A stretch of DNA of 35,965 nucleotides from Ilumatobacteraceae bacterium (GCA_044235415.1 JBIIHV010000001.1:1-35965), one strand, 5' to 3'. Positions 8,672-14,947 are shown, counted from the stretch's first letter. Translations and numbers: made by a program. The notes: generated by a model not told the origin, from the sequence alone.

Positions 8672-9327
8672 GGCACGACGGACTCCATGAACGCCCACGA
8701 AGTGCGGTGGGCCGCGCTCGGTCCGTGCGCACCGAGCGCCGTCCGGTGGCGCGGACAGGGGTAGCCCTTGTTGGAGGCGAAGCTCCAGTGCGGCAGATCG
8801 TCCGCGAGCGCGCGCATGGAACGGTCGCGCACCACCTTGGCCAGCAGCGCGGCTGCGGACACGCTCGCGCACCGTGCGTCGCCGCCGACGACCGTGGTCA
8901 CGCGCCCCACAAGCGGGCCCACGAAGTCCCAGCGGCCGTCGACGACGGCTGCCGCACCGTCGAGGTCGATCGAGCCGCGCAGCGCACCGAAGGCCCGCGC
9001 CGCCGCGAGGCGCTGTGCCGCCGACATGCCCAATTCGTCGCACTCCCGGTTGCTGGCCGTACCCGTCGCCCACGCCGCGCACGCCGCGGCGACCGGCGCG
9101 AACATCGCCTCGCGCCGCGGCTCGGCGATGGTTTTCGAGTCGCGGAGGCCGGACAGCACGCCGTCGAGCCCGTCGACGACGGCCGCCACCGGCAGCACCG
9201 CCACGCCGACGACGAGCGGCCCGGCCCATGCACCCTTGCCGACCTCGTCGACGCCGACCACCATGCATGCACCTGCGTCGAGCAGCCCGCGCTCGATGGT
9301 GGTGTCGGGTCGCAGCGTCCGGTTCAC
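8644..9327 (-). CDS. rnhB: ribonuclease HII
   Basis: 227 aa. VGVDEVGKGAWAGPLVV (the DEVGRG-type motif), DSK, SAAALLAKVVRD and NKGYP blocks. GTG 9327 overlaps the selD stop (GTGA). Confidence 0.85.
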   Translation of the reverse strand: MNRTLRPDTTIERGLLDAGACMVVGVDEVGKGAWAGPLVVGVAVLPVAAVVDGLDGVLSGLRDSKTIAEPRREAMFAPVAAACAAWATGTASNRECDELGMSAAQRLAAARAFGALRGSIDLDGAAAVVDGRWDFVGPLVGRVTTVVGGDARCASVSAAALLAKVVRDRSMRALADDLPHWSFASNKGYPCPRHRTALGAHGPSAAHRTSWAFMESVVPWFATGARA

Positions 9328-10331
9328 CGGATCTCGACCCGGACGTCGCCCGCGACGAATCCGCCGATCCTCCACCAGCCGCCACCCACGACCAGGTCGG
9401 CGGCGGCGGCCTCGTCCACCGCCGCCAGCAGCCCCCCCGACGTCTGCGGATCCATGCACAGCGCGGTGGCGACCTCGTCCACGGCGACGAATCGCCCATC
9501 GACGTACTGGCGGTTGCGCGGGTCGCCCCCGGTGCGCACGTCCCGTGCGGCGGCCTCGCGCGCGCCGGCGTACGCCGGCAGGGCCGCGCCATCCAGCACG
9601 AGCACCGCTCCACTGCGCTCGGCCATCTCGAGGCCGTGTCCCGCAAGGCCGAAACCCGTGACGTCGGTCGCCGCGTGCACCGCACCTCCGAGCGCGACCA
9701 GCTGCTCCGATGCGGCGCGGTTCGTGGCGCGCATCCCCGCGATCGCGGCAGCCTTCTCGCCGTCGGTCCCGCCCGCCAGCACGAGCGCGGTGCCGAGCGG
9801 CTTCGAGATCAGCACGGCGTCGCCGGGGCGCGCACCGCCCTTGCGCAGGATGCGGTCCGGGTGCACGATGCCCTGCACGGCAAGGCCGAACACGGGCTCG
9901 GGGTTGCGGATCGTGTGCCCGCCCGCGACCGAGCCGCCCGCACCGCGCACCACCTCGGCGGCCGACGCGAGGATCGCCGCGATCGCCTCGCGCGGGAAGT
10001 GCTCGGGAAAGGCCGCCACGTTCAGGGCCATCACGACGCGCCCGCCCATCGCGAACACGTCGCTGCACGCGTTGGCCGCGGCGATGGCGCCGAAGTCGGA
10101 CGGGTCGTCCACCAACGGCGGGAAGAAGTCGGTGGTGCTCACGATCGCCACGTCGTCCGACACGCGGTAGACCGCGGCGTCGTCGAACGGGGCGAGCCCG
10201 ACGAGCAGGCCGGGATCGTCCGGCGCGGCGAAGCCCCCGACGAGGTCGCGCAGCAGCGAGGCGCCCCACTTCGCGGCGCACCCGCCACACGACGTCCACT
10301 CGGTGAGCCGCAGCGGCGCGTCGGAGCTCAC
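9324..10331 (-). CDS. selD: selenide, water dikinase (selenophosphate synthetase), Cys type
   Basis: 335 aa and colinear with E. coli SelD as I recall it: RLTEWTSCGGCAAK (Cys/Lys at the Cys17/Lys20 positions), DDAAVY, STTDFF, FGAIAAANACSDVFAMGG, AGGHTI, TDVTGFGLAGH, DPQTSGGLL. The GTG start overlaps the upstream stop (GTGA). Confidence 0.85.
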   Translation of the reverse strand: MSSDAPLRLTEWTSCGGCAAKWGASLLRDLVGGFAAPDDPGLLVGLAPFDDAAVYRVSDDVAIVSTTDFFPPLVDDPSDFGAIAAANACSDVFAMGGRVVMALNVAAFPEHFPREAIAAILASAAEVVRGAGGSVAGGHTIRNPEPVFGLAVQGIVHPDRILRKGGARPGDAVLISKPLGTALVLAGGTDGEKAAAIAGMRATNRAASEQLVALGGAVHAATDVTGFGLAGHGLEMAERSGAVLVLDGAALPAYAGAREAAARDVRTGGDPRNRQYVDGRFVAVDEVATALCMDPQTSGGLLAAVDEAAAADLVVGGGWWRIGGFVAGDVRVEIR

Positions 10332-11557
10332 GCGGGCGAGCCTAGGAGCAGCACCTCACCGCTCGCCGACGCGGACGACCACGACGGATCGAGCGCCGGT
10401 GCGCGCAGCACGGTGCCGGCACCCGGTCCGGTCTCCCACAGCAGCGCGGGCCGCCCCATGTGCCAGCGCAGCGCGAACGACGCACGTCGGCCCGGTCCGG
10501 CGAACACGCCGCGGCACTGCAGGTTGCGGTCGGTCCACGACGCCGTTGCGCGGACGAGCACGTCCGCCGTGCCGTCGCGCGACGGACGAACCAGCTCCTG
10601 CTCCGTCCACGCGACCGCACGGATCCCGGCGGGGCGCGTGTCGGGCGCGGGTTCCGCCGCTGCGAGCCGTCGCTGCGACCTGGCCACGTCGTCGGCGGCG
10701 CGGGGCTCGCCCGCGGCGAGCAGCACCTCGGATGCGGCGAACAGCGCGCGCTCGGCATCCCACGGAACCGACGCCGACCTCCGCAGGCCGCGCAGAAGGG
10801 ACTCTGCCGCCGCCACGCACGCGTCGACGGCGCGGTCGTCGGTCAGCTCGCCGAGCCGCACCAGTTCGTGCAGGACGAGCAGGTCGTCGACGGGATCGCC
10901 GGCCGGAGCCAGCACCGGGGCACCGAGGACGAGCGCGTCGGCACGCGCCCGGTTGACTGCGGGGGCGGCCTGCGGATCGGGCAGGTCGAGCCAGCTCGCG
11001 CGCTCCAGTGCGGCGAGCCATCCGCGGCGAACGTCGTCGAACCCGGCGACCCGTGCGGGGTCGGCTGCGGCTCCGCGCACCACCGGTATCGCGACGCGGG
11101 CCGACGTGCCGTGTGCGAGGGGCAGCACCGCGCTGTCGGCGGGCGCACCGCCTGCCTCGCCGGCAGCGAGTCGGCGCAACGGACGCGACGACAGCACCTC
11201 GCCGGGCGACAGCGCCACGGCGACCGCTGCGGGCGAGTCGTTCTGGAACTCGAGCACCACCATGCCGCCCGCGTCGGGCACCGCCCATGCACGCTGCACC
11301 ACGTCGCCGCCCGGGACGCGGACGCGGGTCTCCGTGCACGGCACCCCCGCGGTGCGCTGCTGGCGCACGCCCTGGTCGGTGGCGGGGTCGTGCCAGCGGT
11401 CCTCCGCCATGACCCACCACGCGAGCGACAGGTCGCCGAGCGAGATCCCGCCCCGGCCGTCGACGACGGCCGCCCACCCGCCGCTGCGCACTCCGAGCAG
11501 GTGTCGCGCCGCGCGCGGCGTGCCGGACAGCGAGACGGAGGTGACGACGGCGCTCAC
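10328..11557 (-). CDS. hypothetical protein (409 aa, no recognisable motif)
   Basis: Strong G/C third-position bias across the whole frame. GTG 11557 overlaps the gpsA stop and its own stop overlaps the selD start; both junctions are GTGA. The upstream part of the 494-aa track ORF lies inside gpsA and is discarded. Confidence 0.7.
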   Translation of the reverse strand: MSAVVTSVSLSGTPRAARHLLGVRSGGWAAVVDGRGGISLGDLSLAWWVMAEDRWHDPATDQGVRQQRTAGVPCTETRVRVPGGDVVQRAWAVPDAGGMVVLEFQNDSPAAVAVALSPGEVLSSRPLRRLAAGEAGGAPADSAVLPLAHGTSARVAIPVVRGAAADPARVAGFDDVRRGWLAALERASWLDLPDPQAAPAVNRARADALVLGAPVLAPAGDPVDDLLVLHELVRLGELTDDRAVDACVAAAESLLRGLRRSASVPWDAERALFAASEVLLAAGEPRAADDVARSQRRLAAAEPAPDTRPAGIRAVAWTEQELVRPSRDGTADVLVRATASWTDRNLQCRGVFAGPGRRASFALRWHMGRPALLWETGPGAGTVLRAPALDPSWSSASASGEVLLLGSPA

Positions 11558-12549
11558 TCGAACTCGCCCTTCGTCGTACGGCTCATCAGCTCGAGGAGCG
11601 ACGCCGCGGCGGTCTTCGTTCCGTCGCACACTGCCGCCACCTGCTCGCAGATCGGCATCTCGACGGCGTGCCTGCGAGCGAGCGCGACGACGGCGCCCGA
11701 GCTGCGCACGCCCTCGGCAACCATGTTCATCGACTCCACGATCGAGGCGAGGGCCTCCCCGCGGCCCAGGCGCACGCCCACCTGCGAGTTGCGACTGTGC
11801 GACGACGCGCACGTCGCCACGAGGTCGCCCATCCCGGCCAGCCCCGCGAACGTCTCCGGCCGGGCTCCGAGCGCCGCGCCGAGGCGCGCCATCTCTGCGA
11901 GCCCGCGCGTGATCAGCGCGGCCTTCGTGTTGTCACCGAAGCCGAAGCCCTGCGCGATCCCCGCCGCGATGGCGATCACGTTCTTGACGACCCCGCCGAC
12001 CTCGCAGCCGGTCACGTCGGGGTTTGTGTAGATGCGGAAGGTGGGGCGCGCGAACGACGGCACGAGCGCCCGCGCCACCGACTCGTCCGCGCACGCCATG
12101 ACCCCGGCAGCCGGCTGACCCGCAAGGATCTCCGCGGCGAGGTTTGGCCCGCTCAGCACGGCCACCGGACTTCCCGGAATCTCGTCCGCGAGCACCTCGC
12201 TCATCCTGCGACCCGTGACTGCGTCGAGGCCCTTCGACAGGCTCACGACCGGCACGCCGCGTGGCGCGATCTCCGCTACCCGCGCCGCGACGGCACCGAA
12301 CCCCGCGGACGGCACCGCCATCGCCACGACGGATGCGCCGTCGAGGCACGCCGCGAGATCGGCCGATGCACGGAGGGACCGTGGCAACGAACGATCCCCC
12401 GTGTAGGCGCGGTTGGTGTGCAGCCCCGTGATTTCCTCGGCGAGTTCCACCCTGCGCGCCCAGATGACGGCGTCGCCGTTCGCGGCGGCGAGGGCGGCCA
12501 CCGTCGTGCCCCATGATCCCGCGCCGACGACGCACACGCGGCTCCCCAT
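11554..12549 (-). CDS. gpsA: NAD(P)H-dependent glycerol-3-phosphate dehydrogenase
   Basis: 331 aa. N-terminal VVGAGSWGTTVA Rossmann loop, then LSKGLD, GPN.A.E, VKNVIAIAAG and NMVAEGV blocks typical of GpsA. Confidence 0.9.
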   Translation of the reverse strand: MGSRVCVVGAGSWGTTVAALAAANGDAVIWARRVELAEEITGLHTNRAYTGDRSLPRSLRASADLAACLDGASVVAMAVPSAGFGAVAARVAEIAPRGVPVVSLSKGLDAVTGRRMSEVLADEIPGSPVAVLSGPNLAAEILAGQPAAGVMACADESVARALVPSFARPTFRIYTNPDVTGCEVGGVVKNVIAIAAGIAQGFGFGDNTKAALITRGLAEMARLGAALGARPETFAGLAGMGDLVATCASSHSRNSQVGVRLGRGEALASIVESMNMVAEGVRSSGAVVALARRHAVEMPICEQVAAVCDGTKTAAASLLELMSRTTKGEFE

Positions 12550-12555
12550 CGGCGC

Positions 12556-12586
12556 CAGCGTAGGTCTGTGACCTCGTCCTACGCTG
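12556..12586. promoter_or_regulatory. 9-bp inverted repeat (CAGCGTAGG-N13-CCTACGCTG) placing a TACGCT -10-like hexamer on each strand; putative divergent leaderless gpsA/fbiD promoters
   Basis: Minus-strand TACGCT (12562-12557) lies 7 nt before gpsA ATG 12549. Plus-strand TACGCT (12580-12585) lies 6 nt before the in-frame GTG 12592 of fbiD. Only 18-42 bp separate the two coding regions. Confidence 0.4.
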
Positions 12587-13176
12587 TGGCGGTGCCGGCC
12601 GGGACCGCAATCGTGGTCCCCGTCAAGGCCTTCGACCGCGCCAAGGAGCGCCTCGCCGGCGTGCTCGGCCCCACCGAGCGGGCAGCGCTCGCCCGAAGGC
12701 TGGCGACGGGCGTCGTGATGGCCGCGCTGTCATCCGCGCGGCCCGTGCTCGTGGTCTGCGACGACGAAGCGACCGAAATCTGGGCGGCCGCCCTCGGAGC
12801 GGAGGTACTTCGGCAATCCAGCGGCGGCCTCGACGCCGCCGCCATGGAGGCGCGCGCGCACCTGCAGGGGCGCGTCCACCTGCTGGCGGTGGTGCACGCG
12901 GACCTTGCGCACCCCGAAGGGCTGCCGGCATTGCTCGATCGTGCGGACCTCTCCCCCGGCGCGACGATCGTCCCCGACCACCGACGGGACGGCACCACGG
13001 TGCTCGTCGTCCCGATCGACGCGCCGTTTGGGTTCGCGTACGGGCCGGGGAGCTTCGACCGCCACCGACGCGAGGCTGAGCGACTCGGCTTGGGGCCCGT
13101 CATCGTGGAGGATTCCCTCCTTGCCGCCGACGTCGACGTACCGGAGGACCTTGCCGCACTCGACGGTCGCGACTGA
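12568..13176 (+). CDS. fbiD: 2-phospho-L-lactate / phosphoenolpyruvate guanylyltransferase (F420 biosynthesis, CofC/FbiD)
   Basis: AIVVPVKAFDRAKERL N-terminal motif, then the DD...ADLP-like region and VPDHRRDGTTVL. The outermost start, GTG 12568, is reported. In-frame GTG 12586 or 12592 may be the real start (see the promoter feature). Adjacency to gpsA matches mycobacterial synteny as I recall it. Confidence 0.75.
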   Translation: MTSSYAVAVPAGTAIVVPVKAFDRAKERLAGVLGPTERAALARRLATGVVMAALSSARPVLVVCDDEATEIWAAALGAEVLRQSSGGLDAAAMEARAHLQGRVHLLAVVHADLAHPEGLPALLDRADLSPGATIVPDHRRDGTTVLVVPIDAPFGFAYGPGSFDRHRREAERLGLGPVIVEDSLLAADVDVPEDLAALDGRD

Positions 13177-13193
13177 ACCGGCCCGTACATGAC

Positions 13194-13221
13194 GATCGGG
13201 GGGCCTTTCGGCCCCCCGATC
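13194..13221. terminator. bidirectional stem-loop terminator between convergent fbiD and the Lys/Ala-rich ORF
   Basis: Perfect 12-bp stem GATCGGGGGGCC / GGCCCCCCGATC with a TTTC loop. It sits in the 85-bp gap between the two convergent stops. A second short hairpin (CCGAC-tgtga-GTCGG) lies at 13236-13250. Confidence 0.65.
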
Positions 13222-13261
13222 TTCAGTTATCCGAGCCGACTGTGAGTCGGTAGAGGACCGA

Positions 13262-13453
13262 CTACTTGGCGGCAGCCTTCTTGGTGGCCTTCTTCGCCGC
13301 CTTCTTGCGACGCTTCGCCGGGGCCTTCTTCGCCGCCTTCTTGGTGGTCTTCTTTGCCGCCTTCTTGGTGGCCTTCTTTGCCGCCTTCTTGCGACGCTTC
13401 GCCGGGGCCTTCTTCGCGGCCTTCTTGGTGGCCTTGCGCTTCTTTGCTGCCAT
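13262..13453 (-). CDS. stand-alone Lys/Ala-rich basic protein (histone H1-like / HupB-tail-like), 63 aa
   Basis: ATG 13453 is preceded by a perfect AAGGAG (13469-13464) with a 10-nt spacer. The product is KKAAKKAPAKRRKKAAKKATKKAA repeats. It lies 29 nt downstream of the HU stop, in a different frame. Confidence 0.65.
   Translation of the reverse strand: MAAKKRKATKKAAKKAPAKRRKKAAKKATKKAAKKTTKKAAKKAPAKRRKKAAKKATKKAAAK
13277..13433. repeat. 84-bp tandem direct repeat (about 1.9 copies) encoding the 28-aa Lys/Ala-rich unit
   Basis: The unit starting CTTCTTGGTGGCCTTCTT at 13277 recurs at 13361 with only a few substitutions. At the protein level, residues 9-33 match residues 37-61. Confidence 0.85.
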
Positions 13454-13482
13454 GTTGGTTGTTCTCCTTGTTGGTTGCTTGC

Positions 13483-13767
13483 TTACTTGCGGGTGGGGTT
13501 CAGTTCGGCCTTGAGCGTGGAGCTCGCGCTGAACTTGATGGCCATCGACGCGGGGACCTCGACCGGCTCACCCGTGCGCGGGTTCCTGCCGGTACGTGCC
13601 TTGCGCGTGGAAGACGTGAACGAGCCGAAGCCCGGCCACGAGACCTTCTCCCCCTTCTTCGCGGAAGCCACGACCAGTTCAAAGAACGCCGAGATCGTGC
13701 GCTCAGCATCGTGCTTCGTCACGTTGGCGTTCTGTGCAACTGCGTCTATGAGCTCTGCTTTTGTCAT
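13483..13767 (-). CDS. hup: HU-family nucleoid-associated DNA-binding protein (core domain only, 94 aa)
   Basis: MTKAELIDAVAQNANVTKHDAERTISAFFELV...GFGSF...RKARTGRNPRTGEPVEVPA is a canonical HU fold signature. ATG 13767 has AGGA 8 nt upstream. Stop is TAA at 13483-13485. Confidence 0.9.
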   Translation of the reverse strand: MTKAELIDAVAQNANVTKHDAERTISAFFELVVASAKKGEKVSWPGFGSFTSSTRKARTGRNPRTGEPVEVPASMAIKFSASSTLKAELNPTRK

Positions 13768-13855
13768 GTGTGTGTCCTGGCTTTCTCGGAATCGGATAAC
13801 CGCTCGGACGACATTGGAGTATGTCGACGCCGCAATTGCAAGCATTTCCGTGCCG

Positions 13856-13877
13856 CGACGACGCGCACGCGTCGTCG
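13856..13877. repeat. perfect inverted repeat CGACGACGCG-ca-CGCGTCGTCG upstream of hup
   Basis: 10-bp arms with a 2-nt spacer, read directly from the sequence, about 90-110 bp upstream of the hup start codon. Function unknown. Confidence 0.5.
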
Positions 13878-13897
13878 TGACCCGCCAACCTTGCATC

Positions 13898-13913
13898 GGT
13901 TCGCGCGCGAACC
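13898..13913. repeat. perfect 16-bp palindrome GGTTCGCGCGCGAACC
   Basis: Read directly from the sequence in the hup-whiB intergenic region. Function unknown. Confidence 0.5.
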
Positions 13914-14189
13914 TCACGTCGACTCGCGCCGTGAAGATTCGTCACCGAGTCGACACCGATGCGCCATTACGGTGCACACCAGGGCGACGCACGCCGACGG
14001 ATGCACCGCAGGAAAACGTTGCGGTTATTGGGTTTCGTGGTGTTTCGAAGCGCCGGGAGCCGTGCATCGGTTGCGATGGCGCGTCGCATCGGTGCCCCTC
14101 CAACGCCGCACGAACCCGCGGTCCCACGGTCCGCACACGGGTGGGTCGAACGCGCCGACGCACCGTCTCGCGACGCCCCGAAAAAAATC

Positions 14190-14203
14190 CGGAAATATTT
14201 CCG
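14190..14203. repeat. perfect 14-bp AT-cored palindrome CGGAAATATTTCCG next to an A7 run
   Basis: It sits in the most AT-rich patch of the window (ccccgAAAAAAAtccggaaatatttccg), inside the 835-bp hup-whiB intergenic region. It is a candidate operator; function unknown. Confidence 0.5.
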
Positions 14204-14351
14204 TCGAAACCCTCGTCCAGCGCCACGAACGCCGCGGCGCGCACCTCGGTATCCCCCACCCTCGACCTGGGACGCAGCGCGATGCGGATCGTTGCGCGCT
14301 GACGACCTCGAGGACCGGAGTGCCGGCAGAGGCACGGGACACCCTCCTCAC

Positions 14352-14510
14352 GGCGTCGTGTTCGACACGTCGGTGATCGTCGCCGACCCCGGGTGCCCCG
14401 CATCCATTGCCGGTCGTGCCGAGGTCGCACCCCTCACCGTGGTCGAGGAACTGGCCGGCCCGGATTCCCGCCACGACGAGGTGGGAGGGTCGGCACGGGC
14501 TGACGGGCGG
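14352..14510 (+). pseudogene. relic of a PhoH2/YlaK-type PIN-domain N-terminus (about 53 codons, no ATPase domain)
   Basis: The translation is GVVFDTSVIVADPGCPASIAGRAEVAPLTVVEELAGPDSRHDEVGGSARADGR. It keeps the PIN-PhoH2 N-terminal motifs in register, as I recall the consensus: vLDTnVLl.DP ... vviP..Vl.EL ... r.dE.G..AR. There is no plausible start codon or SD, the similarity decays afterwards, and the frame runs into the whiB promoter and gene. Confidence 0.35.
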
Positions 14511-14565
14511 CACCGCCTCGGCCCCGTCAGGCGTCGCCATCACGGGCAGGGAAGGACCCCGGCGC

Positions 14566-14595
14566 TTGACATTTGGCACCAAGTTCATTTAGCAT
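14566..14595 (+). promoter_or_regulatory. sigma-70/SigA-like promoter of whiB: TTGACA-N18-TAGCAT, leaderless geometry
   Basis: Consensus -35 TTGACA at 14566-14571, an 18-nt spacer, -10 TAGCAT at 14590-14595, then 7 nt to ATG 14603. No SD is present. Confidence 0.55.
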
Positions 14596-14602
14596 CAAAT
14601 AC

Positions 14603-14947
14603 ATGGCACTCACCGACGTCCATGGTCCACTCTCCGACGACACCACCCCCGGCTCCTCGGTTCCCCTTCGGTCGCTGATCGACTGGACGCAGTTCGCGAA
14701 CTGCAAGGGCAAGACCCGGCTCTTCTTCGCCCCCAAGGCCGAGCGCCCGCAGGCCCGCGCCCGCCGCGAGGCGAAGGCCAGGGCGCTGTGCTCGGCGTGC
14801 ATCGTGCAGGAGACCTGCCGCCAGTTCGCCCGGGAGAACCACGAATACGGGCTGTGGGGCGGGGAGAACGAGGAGGAGCGCCACTTGGCCGGCTACACGA
14901 TTGCCGCTCCGATCGGCGTGCGCGCCCGACAGGCCAAGTCGGCCTGA
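14603..14947 (+). CDS. WhiB-family (Wbl) iron-sulfur transcriptional regulator
   Basis: 114 aa. Four Cys in the Wbl pattern (ANCKG ... LCSACIVQETC), followed by the GLWGGENEEER turn motif and a basic C-terminus. The ATG at 14603 was chosen because of the promoter geometry. The track ORF start at 14573 lies within the promoter. Confidence 0.85.
   Translation: MALTDVHGPLSDDTTPGSSVPLRSLIDWTQFANCKGKTRLFFAPKAERPQARARREAKARALCSACIVQETCRQFARENHEYGLWGGENEEERHLAGYTIAAPIGVRARQAKSA

Noticed and set aside
7880-9685. N-terminal extensions of several long track ORFs (7880-9685, 18146-20515, 21310-23172, 25774-28110, 28636-30174, 10328-11812, 31271-32479).
   Set aside because: In each case only the C-terminal part has family motifs. 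The upstream part overlaps a neighbouring well-supported gene or is Arg/Pro-rich. Starts were reset using overlap junctions, SDs or TANNNT geometry.
8874-11912. Longest ORF in the window on the + strand (1012 aa).
   Set aside because: It is antisense to rnhB, selD, the 409-aa ORF and gpsA. The translation is Arg/Pro/Ala-rich low complexity. This is the typical shadow ORF of a GC-rich genome, where stop codons are rare in all frames. It has no motifs and the wrong third-position pattern.
13277-13433. Tandem repeats at 13277-13433 and 16032-16115 as possible CRISPR or other non-coding arrays.
   Set aside because: The repeats are contiguous with no spacers. They are in-frame coding repeats for Lys/Ala/Pro-rich peptides. 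No cas genes are present.
13451-13485. Stop-codon readthrough or programmed frameshift fusing HU to the Lys/Ala-rich ORF.
   Set aside because: The tail ORF is not in frame with HU, so fusion would need TAA suppression plus a frame shift. I could see no slippery heptamer, and a dedicated SD precedes the ATG. Two separate genes is the simpler reading, although a sequencing indel cannot be excluded.
13266-13514. + strand 82-aa ORF (MAAAFLVAFFAAFL...) antisense to the Lys/Ala-rich ORF, which looks like a hydrophobic peptide.
   Set aside because: It is the mirror image of AAG/GCC repeats. It has no SD, whereas the minus-strand ORF has a perfect AAGGAG-N10-ATG and matches the known HupB tail composition and synteny.
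13942-14678. Several 120-240-aa ORFs on both strands inside the hup-whiB spacer (13942-14430, 13959-14678, 14025-14588).
   Set aside because: The translations are Arg/Pro/His-rich without domain signatures, apart from the short PIN-like relic. The ORFs overlap one another, lack start signals, and have poor codon-position bias.
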